The notes beneath the pieces were generated by a model. The model saw only the letters and a list, made by a program, of their open reading frames with translations, made no database searches and was not told the origin of the DNA. A program made the translations under genes and the position numbers. From Vulcanimicrobiota bacterium (GTDB lineage Bacteria; Vulcanimicrobiota; Vulcanimicrobiia; Vulcanimicrobiales; Vulcanimicrobiaceae), in assembly GCA_963757945.1 (NCBI GenBank), contig CAVWTN010000002.1:458262-522261 (forward strand): a stretch of 64,000 nucleotides of DNA. The letters are read 5' to 3'. This document shows, piece by piece, positions 11,643 to 22,774 of this stretch; position 1 is the stretch's first letter; each line of letters starts with the position of its first letter.

Positions 11643-11890
11643 GCATCCTTCGCGCCCGGAAAGAAGCCGGCGGGATCGTCGGCCCAACCCTCCGGATGCT
11701 CTCTGAGATAGGCAGCGGCCCGTTCGATGCTCGCCCGCCGCGCAGCGGCAAGCGTTTCGGCCGCCCACCGCTCCAAGATGTCCCGCGCCAGAGCCGACGC
11801 CCCGGCGGCATCCCGCGTAGCCGCTGCATCGGCCAGGACCTGACGGGTCTCTCGGCTCAGCCGGACGGAAAGTGTCTCAGTCTTTGCCAT
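11639..11890 (-). CDS. ribbon-helix-helix (CopG/RHH) antitoxin
   Basis: 83 aa. MAKTETLSVRLSRETRQVLADAA is RHH-like. Translationally coupled to the MazF-like gene. Confidence 0.5.
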   Translation of the reverse strand: MAKTETLSVRLSRETRQVLADAAATRDAAGASALARDILERWAAETLAAARRASIERAAAYLREHPEGWADDPAGFFPGAKDA

Positions 11891-12023
11891 ACACAAACTG
11901 TAACACACCAGGTGCACTTCATGAACTGCCGGCGGAAGGGCCGGCTCGAAATGGGCAAGACCTCAGCATGAACATTTCGAGCGCCGGCAGCCGCGCCGGC
12001 GGCGTCAGTGATAGGTAAAGAGC

Positions 12024-12566
12024 ATGGCACAGGACGGCAGCGACCTCGTCCCCGAGCCGAGCGGCTCCGATCACATCCGGGGCTCGCTCGAGGCGCCCAT
12101 CGTCATCACCGAGTTCGGCGATTTCGAATGCCCGTATTGCGGCGACGCGTACCAGGTTCTCGAAGCGAACTTGGAACGCTACGCGCCGCGCGTCGCGCTC
12201 GTCTTCCGCCACTTTCCGTTGCCGATGCATCCGCACGCCCCGGCCGCGGCCGAAGCGGCCGAAGCCGCGGCGAGCGCCGGAAAGTTCTGGGAGATGCACC
12301 GGGAGCTCTTCCTACACCAAAAGGCGCTGACCGTTCGCGATCTGCGCGCCTACGCGGAAGCGATCGGCGTCGATGGGAGCAGCGTCGAGAAGGCGATCGA
12401 GCACGGCACGCATCGCCGGCGCATCGAACGCGACGTGCAGTCCGGCGAGCGCAGCGGGATCGAGGGAACGCCGGCGCTCTTCATCAACGGGTTCGCCTAC
12501 GATGACGACGTCACGGTCGAGGCTTTGAGCGAAACGATCGAGCGCGCCCTCGCCGCGCGAACCTGA
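12024..12566 (+). CDS. DsbA-family thiol:disulfide oxidoreductase (thioredoxin fold)
   Basis: CPYC active-site motif (FGDFECPYCG) and the rest of the DsbA-like thioredoxin domain. Confidence 0.75.
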   Translation: MAQDGSDLVPEPSGSDHIRGSLEAPIVITEFGDFECPYCGDAYQVLEANLERYAPRVALVFRHFPLPMHPHAPAAAEAAEAAASAGKFWEMHRELFLHQKALTVRDLRAYAEAIGVDGSSVEKAIEHGTHRRRIERDVQSGERSGIEGTPALFINGFAYDDDVTVEALSETIERALAART

Positions 12567-12626
12567 GCCGCTCCGTTCTCGCCCCGCGCGAAACGGTGTC
12601 GGCGCGGGGCCGTGGAATCATTCGCC

Positions 12627-13190
12627 ATGAAAACGTTCATCCGAACGCTTCTTCTGACTCTCTCGATCGGAGGCGCCGTCTTCGTCATGTCCAGCGAATC
12701 CACAGCCGCGTCCTTTCAACTGACGAGCCCCGCCTTCGCGGACGGCGGGACGCTGCCGCACTCGACGCTCTTCAACGGGTTCGGCGTCGGCGGCGAGAAC
12801 AAATCGCCGGCGCTCGCCTGGAAGGGCGCGCCGGCTGGCACGAAGAGCTTCGCGCTCACCGTCTTCGACCCCGACGCGCCGACCGGCCACGGCTGGACGC
12901 ACTGGGTCGCCTTCAACATCCCGGGCGACGCCGTGGGCCTGCCTGAAAATGCGGGCGCCGAAGGCAACACGCACGGGATAACGCTGGGATACACGGACTT
13001 CGGCACGAGTGCCTACGGCGGCGCCGCTCCGCCGCCCGGAGACACGCCGCATCACTACCTGTTCACGCTGTACGCGCTCGACCTGCCGAAGCTCGATCTC
13101 GATTCCAAGACGACGATCGCGCTGTTGCGCTTCGCGATCCGCGGACACGTCCTCGGAACGGCGACGCTGACCGGACGCTTCGGCCGCTAG
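12627..13190 (+). CDS. YbhB/YbcL family (PEBP/Raf-kinase-inhibitor-like) protein, secreted
   Basis: Signal peptide, then PEBP motifs (DPDAPTGHGWTHW, HHYLFTLYALD). Confidence 0.75.
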   Translation: MKTFIRTLLLTLSIGGAVFVMSSESTAASFQLTSPAFADGGTLPHSTLFNGFGVGGENKSPALAWKGAPAGTKSFALTVFDPDAPTGHGWTHWVAFNIPGDAVGLPENAGAEGNTHGITLGYTDFGTSAYGGAAPPPGDTPHHYLFTLYALDLPKLDLDSKTTIALLRFAIRGHVLGTATLTGRFGR

Positions 13191-13194
13191 CCGA

Positions 13195-14484
13195 GTGCAG
13201 CATCAAGGGAACGCGCCGCGACGCGACGCCCGCCGCGCCGCGTGCGCGTTTGCGCCGCTGCTGGCGCTCGCCGGGTTGCTGGGCGCATTGCTCGGCGGAG
13301 CGCCCGGCCCCCGGCCCGTAAGCGCCGCGCCGATCCCGCCGGCCGCCGTCATGCTCGGCGACGAGGTCTTTCTGCAAGAGGCCTGGCGCGAGTTGCGGGG
13401 CCGCTGCGTCGGCATCGTCACGAATCAGACCGGCGTCACCTCGCAGCTCGAATCGATCGTCGATGCGGCGCGCCGCAATCCGCAGATCTGCGTGAAGGCG
13501 ATCTATTCGCCCGAACACGGCTTGCGCGGCGATCAACCGGCGGGCGCGAACGTCTCGTCGTACGTCGACGCGCGCAGCGGGCTGCCGGTCTACAGCCTCT
13601 ACGGAAAGACGCGCCACCCGACGGCCGAGATGCTCGACGGCGTCGACGTCCTGCTCTTCGACATCCAAGACGTCGGTGACCGCGCCTATACGTACGTTTC
13701 GACGATGGCCTACGTGCTCGAAGCCGCCAAGGAGTTCCACAAGGAAGTCTGGATCCTCGATCGGCCCAACCCGCTCGGCGGCGAGATCGTCGAAGGGCCC
13801 GTCCTCGATCCGCGTTTCAAATCGTTCGTCGGGCTGTACCCGATCGCGTTGCGGCACGGGATGACCGTCGGCGAACTCGCGCGCCTGTTCGACGACGAGT
13901 TCGGCATCGGCGCGCAGCTGCGCGTGATCAAGATGCGCGGCTGGCAACGCGACATGTTCTGGCCGGCGACGGGGCTCGCGTGGGTTCAAACCTCGCCGAA
14001 CATCCCCGAATGGGACACGACGCTCGTCTATCCGGCCACGGGCCCGATCGACGAAGCGGGGATCAACAACGGCGTCGGCTTCACGAAGCCGTTCAAGTAT
14101 GCGGGCGCATACGGACTCGACGGGGCGCGGCTGGCGGACTATTTGAACGCGCGCCCGATCCCCGGGGTCTTCTTCCGCGCCGCGTCGTGGACGCCGCTCT
14201 CCGGCTTCTGGAGCGGAAAGCAGCTCGGCGGCGTCGAGCTGATCGTCACGAACCCGCGAACGTACCGCGCGGTGCGCACGGCCGTCGAACTCCTCTGCGC
14301 CGTCCGCGCCGTGGCCCCCGGCCTGCTCGCCGTCCATGCGGATGCGCTCGACCGCGACTGGGGGACCGACGCGCTTCGCCTGGGCCTGGCCGCCGGCTCG
14401 ACGCCCGAGCAGATCCTGCGCTCGTGGGAACCCCAAACGCAGAGCTTCCGCGCGCTGCGCGCGCGCTTTTTGCTCTACCCGTGA
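13195..14484 (+). CDS. DUF1343 family protein (exo-beta-N-acetylmuramidase NamZ-like), secreted
   Basis: Signal peptide plus DUF1343/YbbC-like conserved regions (VLLFDIQDVGDRAYTY, LDRPNP). Confidence 0.65.
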   Translation: MQHQGNAPRRDARRAACAFAPLLALAGLLGALLGGAPGPRPVSAAPIPPAAVMLGDEVFLQEAWRELRGRCVGIVTNQTGVTSQLESIVDAARRNPQICVKAIYSPEHGLRGDQPAGANVSSYVDARSGLPVYSLYGKTRHPTAEMLDGVDVLLFDIQDVGDRAYTYVSTMAYVLEAAKEFHKEVWILDRPNPLGGEIVEGPVLDPRFKSFVGLYPIALRHGMTVGELARLFDDEFGIGAQLRVIKMRGWQRDMFWPATGLAWVQTSPNIPEWDTTLVYPATGPIDEAGINNGVGFTKPFKYAGAYGLDGARLADYLNARPIPGVFFRAASWTPLSGFWSGKQLGGVELIVTNPRTYRAVRTAVELLCAVRAVAPGLLAVHADALDRDWGTDALRLGLAAGSTPEQILRSWEPQTQSFRALRARFLLYP

Positions 14485-14551
14485 ACGCCGCAGCGCCGCG
14501 CTCGGCAGCGCGCGGTCCAGGAACGGCGCGCGCCCTCGCAAAGAACGCTCG

Positions 14552-16009
14552 ATGACGGCTGATTCGCGAAGACGCGCGGCGCTCGTGGCTCGTCTCATCG
14601 ACGCGATCGGCCGCGACGCGGTGAAGACGGAGCCTGAAGATCTCGCCGCCTACGCCTACGACGCGTTCAGCGAAGAGGAGATGCCGAGCGTCGCGGTCAT
14701 CCCGCGCGACGCGAAGGACGTCAGCGCGATCGTCCGCATCGCGCGCGATTTTCGCGAGCCGATCGTTCCGCGCGGCGCGGGGACGGGGCTTTGCGGCGGG
14801 GCCGTGCCCGTGCACGGCGGGATCGTGATCTCCTTTGCGCGGATGAACCGCATCCTCTCGTTCGATCCGGCGAACCGCCGCGCGCGCGTGCAGCCGGGAA
14901 CGGCGAACCTCGCGCTGTCGGCGGCGATGCAGCCGCTCGGCCTCTTCTTCGGGCCCGACCCCTCGAGTCAAAAGATCTCGACGCTCGGCGGAAACACCGC
15001 GACGAACGCGGGCGGCCCGCACGCGCTCTCCTACGGTTCGATGATCAACCACGTGCTCGGCGTCGAGTTCGTCGATTCCGCAGGCCAGGTGCAGCACGTT
15101 TCCAGCGAAGACGCCGGCTACGACTTGTCAGCCGCGTTCGTCGGCAGCGAAGGGACGCTCGGCGTCATCACCGCCGTCGACCTGCGCCTGATGCGGCTGC
15201 CCGCCGCGACGCGCGTGTGCGTCGCGGCGTTCGGTGAGATCGACGCCGCCTCCGAGGCGGTCTCCGCGATCGTCGGCGCGGGGATCGTTCCGACCGCGCT
15301 CGAGATCATGGATCGCGTGATCACGCAAGCGGTCGAAGCGCATTACCATGCGGGCTACCCGACGGATGCCGGCGCCGTGCTGCTGGTCGAGATCGCGGGT
15401 GCGGCCGAGGACATGGCCGCCTCGGAGGCCGCGATCGCGACGATCGCCAAGCGCAGCGGCTCGCTCTCGTGGCGCAGCGCGCGCGACGCGAAGGAACGCG
15501 AAGCGCTGTGGGCCTCGCGAAAGGGCGCCGCGGGCGCGATCGGCCGCATCGCGCCGAACTATTACATCCAAGATGCGACGGTGCCGCGCACGAAGCTGCC
15601 CGAGGCCGTCCGCGCGGTCGATGCGATCTCTCGCGAACACGGCCTCGCGGTCGGCAACGTCTTCCATGCCGGCGACGGCAACCTGCACCCGCTCTTGCTG
15701 TTCGATCGCCGCGAGCGCAAGCAGATCGAGGCGGTCTTCGCGGCGGGGACCGACATTCTGACGGCCTGCATTGCGCTGGGCGGAACGATCTCCGGCGAGC
15801 ACGGCATCGGCTTCGAAAAGCGTGAATCGCTCTCGAAGGTCTTCTCGAGCGCCGACCTCGCGACGATGGGGCGGGTGCGCGACGTCTTCGATCCCGAGCG
15901 GCTCTTCAATCCCGACAAGATCTTCCCGAGCGGCGCCGTCTGCGCCGAGGTCCGCACGGGGCTCGGCGCCGCACCCGCGGCACCCGCGGCGCCGGTGAAC
16001 GCCGAATGA
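14552..16009 (+). CDS. glcD: FAD-linked oxidase, glycolate oxidase subunit GlcD-like
   Basis: FAD-binding PCMH domain (VVPRGAGTGL…GG) and C-terminal FAD-oxidase domain (ISGEHGIG). Start at ATG 14552; the upstream part of the ORF is Arg-rich junk. Confidence 0.8.
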   Translation: MTADSRRRAALVARLIDAIGRDAVKTEPEDLAAYAYDAFSEEEMPSVAVIPRDAKDVSAIVRIARDFREPIVPRGAGTGLCGGAVPVHGGIVISFARMNRILSFDPANRRARVQPGTANLALSAAMQPLGLFFGPDPSSQKISTLGGNTATNAGGPHALSYGSMINHVLGVEFVDSAGQVQHVSSEDAGYDLSAAFVGSEGTLGVITAVDLRLMRLPAATRVCVAAFGEIDAASEAVSAIVGAGIVPTALEIMDRVITQAVEAHYHAGYPTDAGAVLLVEIAGAAEDMAASEAAIATIAKRSGSLSWRSARDAKEREALWASRKGAAGAIGRIAPNYYIQDATVPRTKLPEAVRAVDAISREHGLAVGNVFHAGDGNLHPLLLFDRRERKQIEAVFAAGTDILTACIALGGTISGEHGIGFEKRESLSKVFSSADLATMGRVRDVFDPERLFNPDKIFPSGAVCAEVRTGLGAAPAAPAAPVNAE

Positions 16010-17268
16010 AGCTCAAGCTGCCCGATCCGGCGGAGTATGCGCTCGGCGGACGCGTGCCGTCGCGCATCGTCTTTCCCGCCTCGCCCGCGGAGCTTGCGGA
16101 GACGCTGCGTTCGTGCGACGCCGCCGGCGAAGCGGTCGTGGTCTTCGGCGGCGGGACGCTGCAAGGTTTCGGCAACGCGCCCGCGCGGTATGACGTCGCG
16201 ATCGGTCTCGGCGCGCTCGACCGAACGCTCGCCTACGAATACCGCGACCTGACGATCGCAGTCGAAGCGGGGATGACGGTCGGCGCGCTCGAGCGGACGC
16301 TCGCGAAGGATCGCCAGTTCGTTCCGCTCGACGCCCCGCGCCGCGCCGTCAGCACGGTCGGCGGAACGATCGCCTCCGGTTGGCTCGGACCGCGTCGCGC
16401 GACCCACGGCCGTCCGCGCGATCTGCTGATCGGCACGACCGCGGTGCTCGCCGACGGCACGATCGCGAAAGCGGGCGGCATGGTCGTCAAGAACTCGACC
16501 GGCTACGACCTCAGCCGCCTCTACGCGGGCTCGCTCGGCACCCTCGCGGTGCTCGTGCGCACGAACTTCAAGACCAAACCCCTCCCGGCGTTGCAGCGCG
16601 TCGCGCTCGCAGCGCTCCCCGAGGGCACGCGCGAACGCGCGGTCGCCCACGTCTTGGCGCTCGAACTCGAACCGGCGGCCGCGCTCGTCATCGGCGGCTT
16701 CGCGGGCGAGATCGACGGACACGACGGCATCGACGGCCGGATCCTGTTGTTCTTCGAGGGGTCCGAACGCGCCGTCGAGCGCGCCACCCGGGACGTGCGC
16801 TCGGCGCTCGGGGCTGCGGGCGTCCCGGAGACGACGCTGATCGACCGCGGCGCGGGCGAAGTGCTGCAACGCGCGATCGACGCCTATATCGAGCCGTTCG
16901 GCGCGTCGGTGACGTACCGCATCGGCGGGTTGCCGAGCGACGCGCTGCTGCGCGAGCGCGCCGTGGGTCTGCTCGCCCAACGGCACGGGCTCGCCTACGA
17001 GTCGATCTGCGACGTGCGCACCGGCGACCTGATCGCGCGGATCGTCGGGGAGGACGCCGATGTTCTCGACGCCGCGATCGTCCCGTTCGACGAAGCACTG
17101 CACGACGCGAGCCCGCGCGCGACCGTCATCTCGGCGCCCGACGGTGTGCGCGAGCGCCTCGCCGTCTGGGGCGCTCCGCCCGCCGCACTCGCGCAAATGC
17201 GCGCGCTCAAACGCCGCTTCGACCCCAACGGAACGCTCGCGCCCGGCCGCTTCGTCGGCGGAATCTAG
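16006..17268 (+). CDS. glcE: glycolate oxidase FAD-binding subunit GlcE-like
   Basis: FAD-binding-4 domain. 4-bp overlap with glcD. No glcF Fe-S subunit follows. Confidence 0.7.
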   Translation: MKLKLPDPAEYALGGRVPSRIVFPASPAELAETLRSCDAAGEAVVVFGGGTLQGFGNAPARYDVAIGLGALDRTLAYEYRDLTIAVEAGMTVGALERTLAKDRQFVPLDAPRRAVSTVGGTIASGWLGPRRATHGRPRDLLIGTTAVLADGTIAKAGGMVVKNSTGYDLSRLYAGSLGTLAVLVRTNFKTKPLPALQRVALAALPEGTRERAVAHVLALELEPAAALVIGGFAGEIDGHDGIDGRILLFFEGSERAVERATRDVRSALGAAGVPETTLIDRGAGEVLQRAIDAYIEPFGASVTYRIGGLPSDALLRERAVGLLAQRHGLAYESICDVRTGDLIARIVGEDADVLDAAIVPFDEALHDASPRATVISAPDGVRERLAVWGAPPAALAQMRALKRRFDPNGTLAPGRFVGGI

Positions 17269-17277
17269 GACGGCCAA

Positions 17278-18288
<1,011 letters not shown>

Positions 18289-19497
18289 TTAGTTGGAGCT
18301 GCGGGCCGCGGCTTTGCGCTCGGCCGAGCGTTTTCCGACCGCCAGCATCGAGAGCGCCGCGAGCAGCGGCACGTAGCTGACCTGCACGAGCGCGGCATCG
18401 AAGCCGATGCGAACGCCGACGAACCCCGTCAGCGCGACGAACATCGAGCCTACGCCGAACGCGACGCCGTTCATCAGGCCCAGCGCCATCCCGAGATTGC
18501 GCGGCAGCATCCCCTGGACGAGCGCGACGCCCGGCGCGTTCTGCATTGCGAGCAAGACGCTGCCGCCGAGCAGGCACGCGATCCCGAGCGAACCGGGAAA
18601 CAAGAAGAACAGCACCAGCAGCGGGACCGCTCCGCAGAGGCTGGCGACGCAGACGCGCAGCGCCCCGAAGCGGTCGGCGAGCGCGCCGCCGGCGTACAGG
18701 CCGGCGACCGAGACCATCAGGAAGGCGCTGACGAGTTCGCCCGATTGCGTCAGCGTGAAGCCGCGCGCGGCGAGCACGTTCGGCAGAAACGTCATGAACG
18801 CGCCGGTGACGAACTGCCGCAGCGCCGTGCTCACGATGATGAGCGTCAGTCCGAAGCGGTCGACGCGCTCGTGCACGACGGGCGCTGTGAATTCCGGCCG
18901 CGCGCCGCCGTACGCCGCGCGATCGACCCGCGGCATCAGCGCGAAGATCGCGCAGGCGACGAGCACCATCGGCGGGAGCAGATAGAGCGCGCCCGCGCCG
19001 CCGAAATGCGCGAGCAGCGGCGCGATCACGATCGGCCCCAGGGCGAAGCCGAACTGCCCGCCGATCTGGAAGATCGAGATGCCGCCGGCCTTGCGCGTCC
19101 CGCTGAGCATCGCGGAATACTTGCCGGCCTCGGGATGCATCACCGCGGAGCCCAGCCCGCCGACGACGATGCAGAGCGCCAGCAACGCGAGCGAGTGGAC
19201 CGAGCCCGCGAGCGAAAGGCTCGTGACGGTCAACAGGATCGCGCTCGGCAGAAACCACCAGCGGCCGTGGCGATCGGCATAGGCACCGAAGAACGGCTGG
19301 ACGATCGAACTCGTGAAGTACCAGAGGAACCCGAGCAGGCCTTGATAGACCGGCGAGAGTTGGTCGCGGGCGATCACGAAGTAGATCACCAGCGGAATCA
19401 TCCCCGCGAAGAAGTCGCTGACGCCGTGCGCGACGGCGACGAACGAGAGCGCCCGCAGGTTCCATTCCCCTGGCCGGCGCGCCGCGCTAGCTCCCAA
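18289..19497 (-). CDS. MFS transporter
   Basis: 12-TM major-facilitator topology with an MFS motif (GAYADRHGR). Confidence 0.8.
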   Translation of the reverse strand: MGASAARRPGEWNLRALSFVAVAHGVSDFFAGMIPLVIYFVIARDQLSPVYQGLLGFLWYFTSSIVQPFFGAYADRHGRWWFLPSAILLTVTSLSLAGSVHSLALLALCIVVGGLGSAVMHPEAGKYSAMLSGTRKAGGISIFQIGGQFGFALGPIVIAPLLAHFGGAGALYLLPPMVLVACAIFALMPRVDRAAYGGARPEFTAPVVHERVDRFGLTLIIVSTALRQFVTGAFMTFLPNVLAARGFTLTQSGELVSAFLMVSVAGLYAGGALADRFGALRVCVASLCGAVPLLVLFFLFPGSLGIACLLGGSVLLAMQNAPGVALVQGMLPRNLGMALGLMNGVAFGVGSMFVALTGFVGVRIGFDAALVQVSYVPLLAALSMLAVGKRSAERKAAARSSN

Positions 19498-19673
19498 TCG
19501 TGCGCTCCATTCCCTCCGGCGAGCCTAAGCGTCTACACATCCTTGCTCCAAAATGACGCGCAGCGGTGTGCGAAGGTTGCGGGGGGTGGGGCGAGCCGGG
19601 CGGCTCGCTAACATCCTGCAGCGAAGGAACGTTGCACACATCGGCATCGCTACACTCTTCAAGTGGGAGAACC

Positions 19674-20291
19674 ATGCGTAATCTTCTTTCATTCGCGTTC
19701 GCCGCGGCGCTTGCCGCCGCGAGCGTCCCGGCCTTGGCACAGACGGCGGCGGGCACCGCGACCCAGCCCATTTGCCCGGCAAACGACCCGGTCGTGTGGC
19801 TGAACACCGAGACGAAGGTGTTCCACGTCAAGGGCGACCGGTATTTCGGCACGACCAAGAAAGGCAAATACGAGTGCCAATCCGCGGCGACCGCGGAAGG
19901 CGGGAAACTCTCCAAGCAAGGTTCGAAGGCCGGCGGCGCGGCCGCGGGCCCGGCCGGAGCGGCCGCGACCGCCACCCCGGCTGCGAAGCGCGGCTTCAAG
20001 GGTCTGTTCGCCCCGGCGGCGACCGCCACGGCCGCCCCGGTTCCGGCGGCCAGCGTGACCCCCGCCGCGACAAAGCGTCACCACAAGGGCGCCACACCGG
20101 CACCGGGAGCAGCGCTTCCGGACGCGACCGCGACCACCGCTCCCGGCAAGAAGAAACACCATCACAAGAGTGAGGCGACACCGGCCCCCGACGCCTCGGC
20201 GACCGAGGCGCCCGGCACAAAGAAACACCACCACAAGAGCAAGGAGTCACCCGCTCCCGATGCGGCCGCAACGGTAGCGCCCGCGAAGTGA
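19674..20291 (+). CDS. secreted low-complexity His/Lys-rich repeat protein
   Basis: Signal peptide (MRNLLSFAFAAALAAASVPALA), one Cys pair, then about 3 tandem ~24-aa repeats (KKHHHKSEATPAPDASATEAPGT). RBS GGGAGA upstream of ATG 19674. Confidence 0.55.
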   Translation: MRNLLSFAFAAALAAASVPALAQTAAGTATQPICPANDPVVWLNTETKVFHVKGDRYFGTTKKGKYECQSAATAEGGKLSKQGSKAGGAAAGPAGAAATATPAAKRGFKGLFAPAATATAAPVPAASVTPAATKRHHKGATPAPGAALPDATATTAPGKKKHHHKSEATPAPDASATEAPGTKKHHHKSKESPAPDAAATVAPAK

Positions 20292-20395
20292 CGTAACGAG
20301 CAGCGGCGGTGGAGCCGGCGAGAGCCGGCGCCCCGCCTCACTGCATGTTTGGCCCGCATTCGCGGGAATAGAAATGGTATGGGCAAGCGGGGATA

Positions 20396-21238
20396 GTGCG
20401 CGTCGCCGTGATCGGTGCCTCCGGTTTCATCGGGCGGCACCTGGTGGAGGCACTGCAGAAACGCGCCGACGAGGTGATCCCCCTCTCGTTGCGTGACCCC
20501 GAAGAAGCCGGGCGGTCCTGCGCGGGCGCCGATGCCGTGGTGAACTTGGCGGGGGAACCGGTCGCCCAGCGCTGGACGGAAGGGGCCAAGGCACTGATCC
20601 GCAGCAGCCGCGTCGACGCTCCGCGGAAACTGATCGCCGTTCTGGCGACGCTGCCGGCGCCTCCCAAGGCGTACGTCTCAGCCTCGGCGATCGGCTACTA
20701 CGGAACGAGCGAAACGGCGACGTTCACGGAGTCGAGCGCTCCCGGGAGCGATTTTCTCGCCGGCGTGTGCATCGAGTGGGAAGCCGAGGCCGAACGGGCC
20801 GCGGCTGCGGGCATGCGCGTCGCGATCGTGCGCACGGGCCTGGTCATCGGAGCGGACGGCGGCGCGCTGACGCGGCTCTTGCCGGTGTTCAAGCTCGGCG
20901 GCGGCGGTCACGTCGCCGGCGGCAATCAGTGGTACTCCTGGATCCACATCGACGACATCGTCGGAATCTATCTCGCCGCGATCGACCGCGTCGGGGGCGT
21001 GCTGAACGCGACCGCGCCGCATCCGCTGCGCAATCGCGACTTCACCGCCGCGCTCGCGCACGCGGTCAATCGGCCCGCATTCTTCCCCATCCCCGAGTTC
21101 ACGATGAATCTCGTTTTCGGCGAAGGGGCGATCATCGTGACGAGGGGGCAGCGCGTGCTGCCCGAGCGCACCAGCGCCCAGGGCTATACGTTCCTCTATC
21201 CCGAGATCGACAGGGCCTTCGCGCAGATCGTGGGCTGA
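20396..21238 (+). CDS. TIGR01777/YfcH-family NAD-dependent epimerase/dehydratase (DUF1731 C-terminus)
   Basis: N-terminal Rossmann motif VAVIGASGFIGRHL. GTG start at 20396. Confidence 0.7.
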   Translation: MRVAVIGASGFIGRHLVEALQKRADEVIPLSLRDPEEAGRSCAGADAVVNLAGEPVAQRWTEGAKALIRSSRVDAPRKLIAVLATLPAPPKAYVSASAIGYYGTSETATFTESSAPGSDFLAGVCIEWEAEAERAAAAGMRVAIVRTGLVIGADGGALTRLLPVFKLGGGGHVAGGNQWYSWIHIDDIVGIYLAAIDRVGGVLNATAPHPLRNRDFTAALAHAVNRPAFFPIPEFTMNLVFGEGAIIVTRGQRVLPERTSAQGYTFLYPEIDRAFAQIVG

Positions 21239-21315
21239 CGAAGCGGCCGCCGACTGTAACGCGGCACGCCGGATGCCGATGATCTAAGGATGGCGAGCAC
21301 ACCAGGGGAGATGGC

Positions 21316-21762
21316 ATGATCGGAGTCGGAGACGTAGCACCGGATTTCAACACGACGAGTGAGCGCGGACACTCGATCCGGTTGCGCGATACCCTCGCGA
21401 AGGGGCCGGTCGTCCTCATCTTTTACCCAGGCGACAGCACGCCGGGCTGCACGAAACAGCTCTGCGCCGTCCGCGACGACTATGAGAAATACGACGCTGC
21501 GGGGATCACGGTGTTCGGCGTCAACAACGCCGACGCCGAATCGCATTGGCGCTTCATCGCGCAGAACAGGCTCAGCGTGCGCCTGCTCGTCGACCGGGAT
21601 TTCAAGATCTCAACGGAATACGGCTGCGTGCTCGGCTTCGGACCGCTGCGCCTGATCAAGCGCACCGTGGTCGGCATCAACAAGGACGGCGCGATCGTCT
21701 ATTACCAGCGCGGCACTCCGACGACGGACGAGATCATCGCCGGAATCACGCAAACCGCCTAA
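21316..21762 (+). CDS. bcp: thioredoxin-dependent peroxiredoxin (Bcp/AhpC-TSA family)
   Basis: Peroxidatic Cys motif in FYPGDSTPGCTKQLC. Confidence 0.8.
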   Translation: MIGVGDVAPDFNTTSERGHSIRLRDTLAKGPVVLIFYPGDSTPGCTKQLCAVRDDYEKYDAAGITVFGVNNADAESHWRFIAQNRLSVRLLVDRDFKISTEYGCVLGFGPLRLIKRTVVGINKDGAIVYYQRGTPTTDEIIAGITQTA

Positions 21763-22694
21763 GCGCGCACTTCGGCGTGCGCTTCGAGCGTTTCGAGATA
21801 TTTCTCGACCTCGAGCGCGGCCTTGCAACCCATCCCCGCCGCCGTGACCGCCTGTTTGTAGCGGATGTCGTACACGTCGCCCGCGACGAACACGCCCGGC
21901 ACGTCCGTGTGCACGCCGTCCGGCGAGCGGATGTAGCCCTGCGGATCGAGCGCCAGCTGATCGCGGAAGATCGCGGTGTTGGGATCGTGCCCGATCGCGA
22001 TGAAGATCGCGTCGGCAGCGAAGTCGCTGCGTTCTCCGGTCACGACGTTGCGCAACGTCAAGCGCTCGAGGTGATGTTCGCCGTGCATTTCCTCCACGGC
22101 CGTATCCCACACGAAGGAGATCTTCGGGTGCGCGAGCGCGCGGTCGGCCATGATCTTGCTCGCGCGCAAACGCTCGCGCCGGTGGATCACCGTCACGTGT
22201 TTGCCGAAGCGCGTGAGGAAGATCGCCTCCTCCATCGCGGAATCGCCGCCGCCGATCACGACGATCTCCTTTTCGCGGAAGAACGCACCGTCGCACGTCG
22301 CGCAGGTCGAGACGCCGCGGCCGCGCAGCCGGGCTTCACCCGGCACATCGAGCCAGCGAGCGCTGGCGCCGGTCGCGACGATGACGGCATCGGCGGTATG
22401 TTCGCCCTCGGCGTCCCACACGCGCAGCGGGCGCTGCGAAAAGTCCACGCGCGTGACGTCGACGTTCTCGATCTTTGCGCCGAAGCGCTCGGCCTGGGCG
22501 CGAAACGCCTCCATCAACTCGGGACCCATGATGCCCTCGGGAAATCCCGGGAAATTCTCGACCTCCGTCGTGAGCATCAACTGCCCGCCGTACATGTGGC
22601 CGCCGAAGACGCGCGGCGCGAGATTCGCGCGCGCGGCGTAAATCGCCGCCGTGAGGCCGGCGGGGCCCGAACCGATGATGATCACTCGTTCCAT
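21759..22694 (-). CDS. trxB: thioredoxin-disulfide reductase
   Basis: Motifs IIGSGPAGLTAAIYAAR and CATCDG (redox-active site). Start at ATG 22694 (MERVIII); 4-bp overlap with bcp. Confidence 0.9.
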   Translation of the reverse strand: MERVIIIGSGPAGLTAAIYAARANLAPRVFGGHMYGGQLMLTTEVENFPGFPEGIMGPELMEAFRAQAERFGAKIENVDVTRVDFSQRPLRVWDAEGEHTADAVIVATGASARWLDVPGEARLRGRGVSTCATCDGAFFREKEIVVIGGGDSAMEEAIFLTRFGKHVTVIHRRERLRASKIMADRALAHPKISFVWDTAVEEMHGEHHLERLTLRNVVTGERSDFAADAIFIAIGHDPNTAIFRDQLALDPQGYIRSPDGVHTDVPGVFVAGDVYDIRYKQAVTAAGMGCKAALEVEKYLETLEAHAEVRA

Positions 22695-22774
22695 ATCGCC
22701 CGCTTCGACCGCAGGTGTAGCCCTCCCGGTTGCGCCGCTGGGTGAGGACCGGCCCAATACCGAAGCAACGCCGC

